Shown one piece after another: positions 44,477 through 44,590 of a stretch of DNA of 44,590 nucleotides. Numbering within the stretch: position 1 is the stretch's first letter; each line of letters starts with the position of its first letter. A model generated the notes under the pieces. The model did not search any database and was not told the origin of the DNA. It saw only the letters and a list, made by a program, of their open reading frames with translations. The translations under genes and the position numbers were made by a program. Source of the DNA: Craspedostauros australis (lineage: Eukaryota); assembly GCA_030167865.1 (NCBI GenBank), contig JALAGF010003913.1:1-44590 (forward strand), written 5' to 3'.

Positions 44477-44590
44477 TACAACCAATTACTCTGCTCTGCT
44501 CTACTTGCTTAGTCTGTCTCTCTAGTAACTGACTTGGAAAGGCTGGAAGAAGCCTTCATCAATGGACAGCTGTGTGATCATGGCAACCAC

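Overview
Eukaryotic nuclear DNA with GT-AG introns, probably from a diatom or related stramenopile (inferred from a DUF6824-type gene, bipartite plastid-type presequences and the MATH/BTB gene types). Reading both strands and splicing by hand gives 13 apparently intact protein genes. They are: a Cys-rich repeat protein that is probably 5'-partial; a DUF6824-type protein; a 6-exon type II membrane protein with three tandem GT-A glycosyltransferase-like domains; an MscS channel; an ankyrin-BTB protein; a 2629-aa TPX2-like protein; two tandem MATH-only genes; a DUF2358-like protein; a 7TM GPCR-like receptor; a SelW/Rdx-type selenoprotein; a TMEM65-GAF fusion; and an uncharacterised nucleotidyltransferase-like enzyme. 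There are also two decayed loci: an ankyrin-BTB pseudogene carrying a TSD-flanked retroposed insertion, and a trypsin-like relic. Four observations stand out: (1) a hidden selenoprotein that the ORF track truncates, with in-frame TGA in a CxxU motif, a probable N-myristoylation signal and an atypical SECIS-like hairpin; (2) the TMEM65-GAF fusion with a mitochondrial-type presequence; (3) the triple glycosyltransferase, whose middle module is degenerate; (4) the 289-bp non-LTR-type insertion. All family assignments come from motif recognition by eye; no database searches were run.
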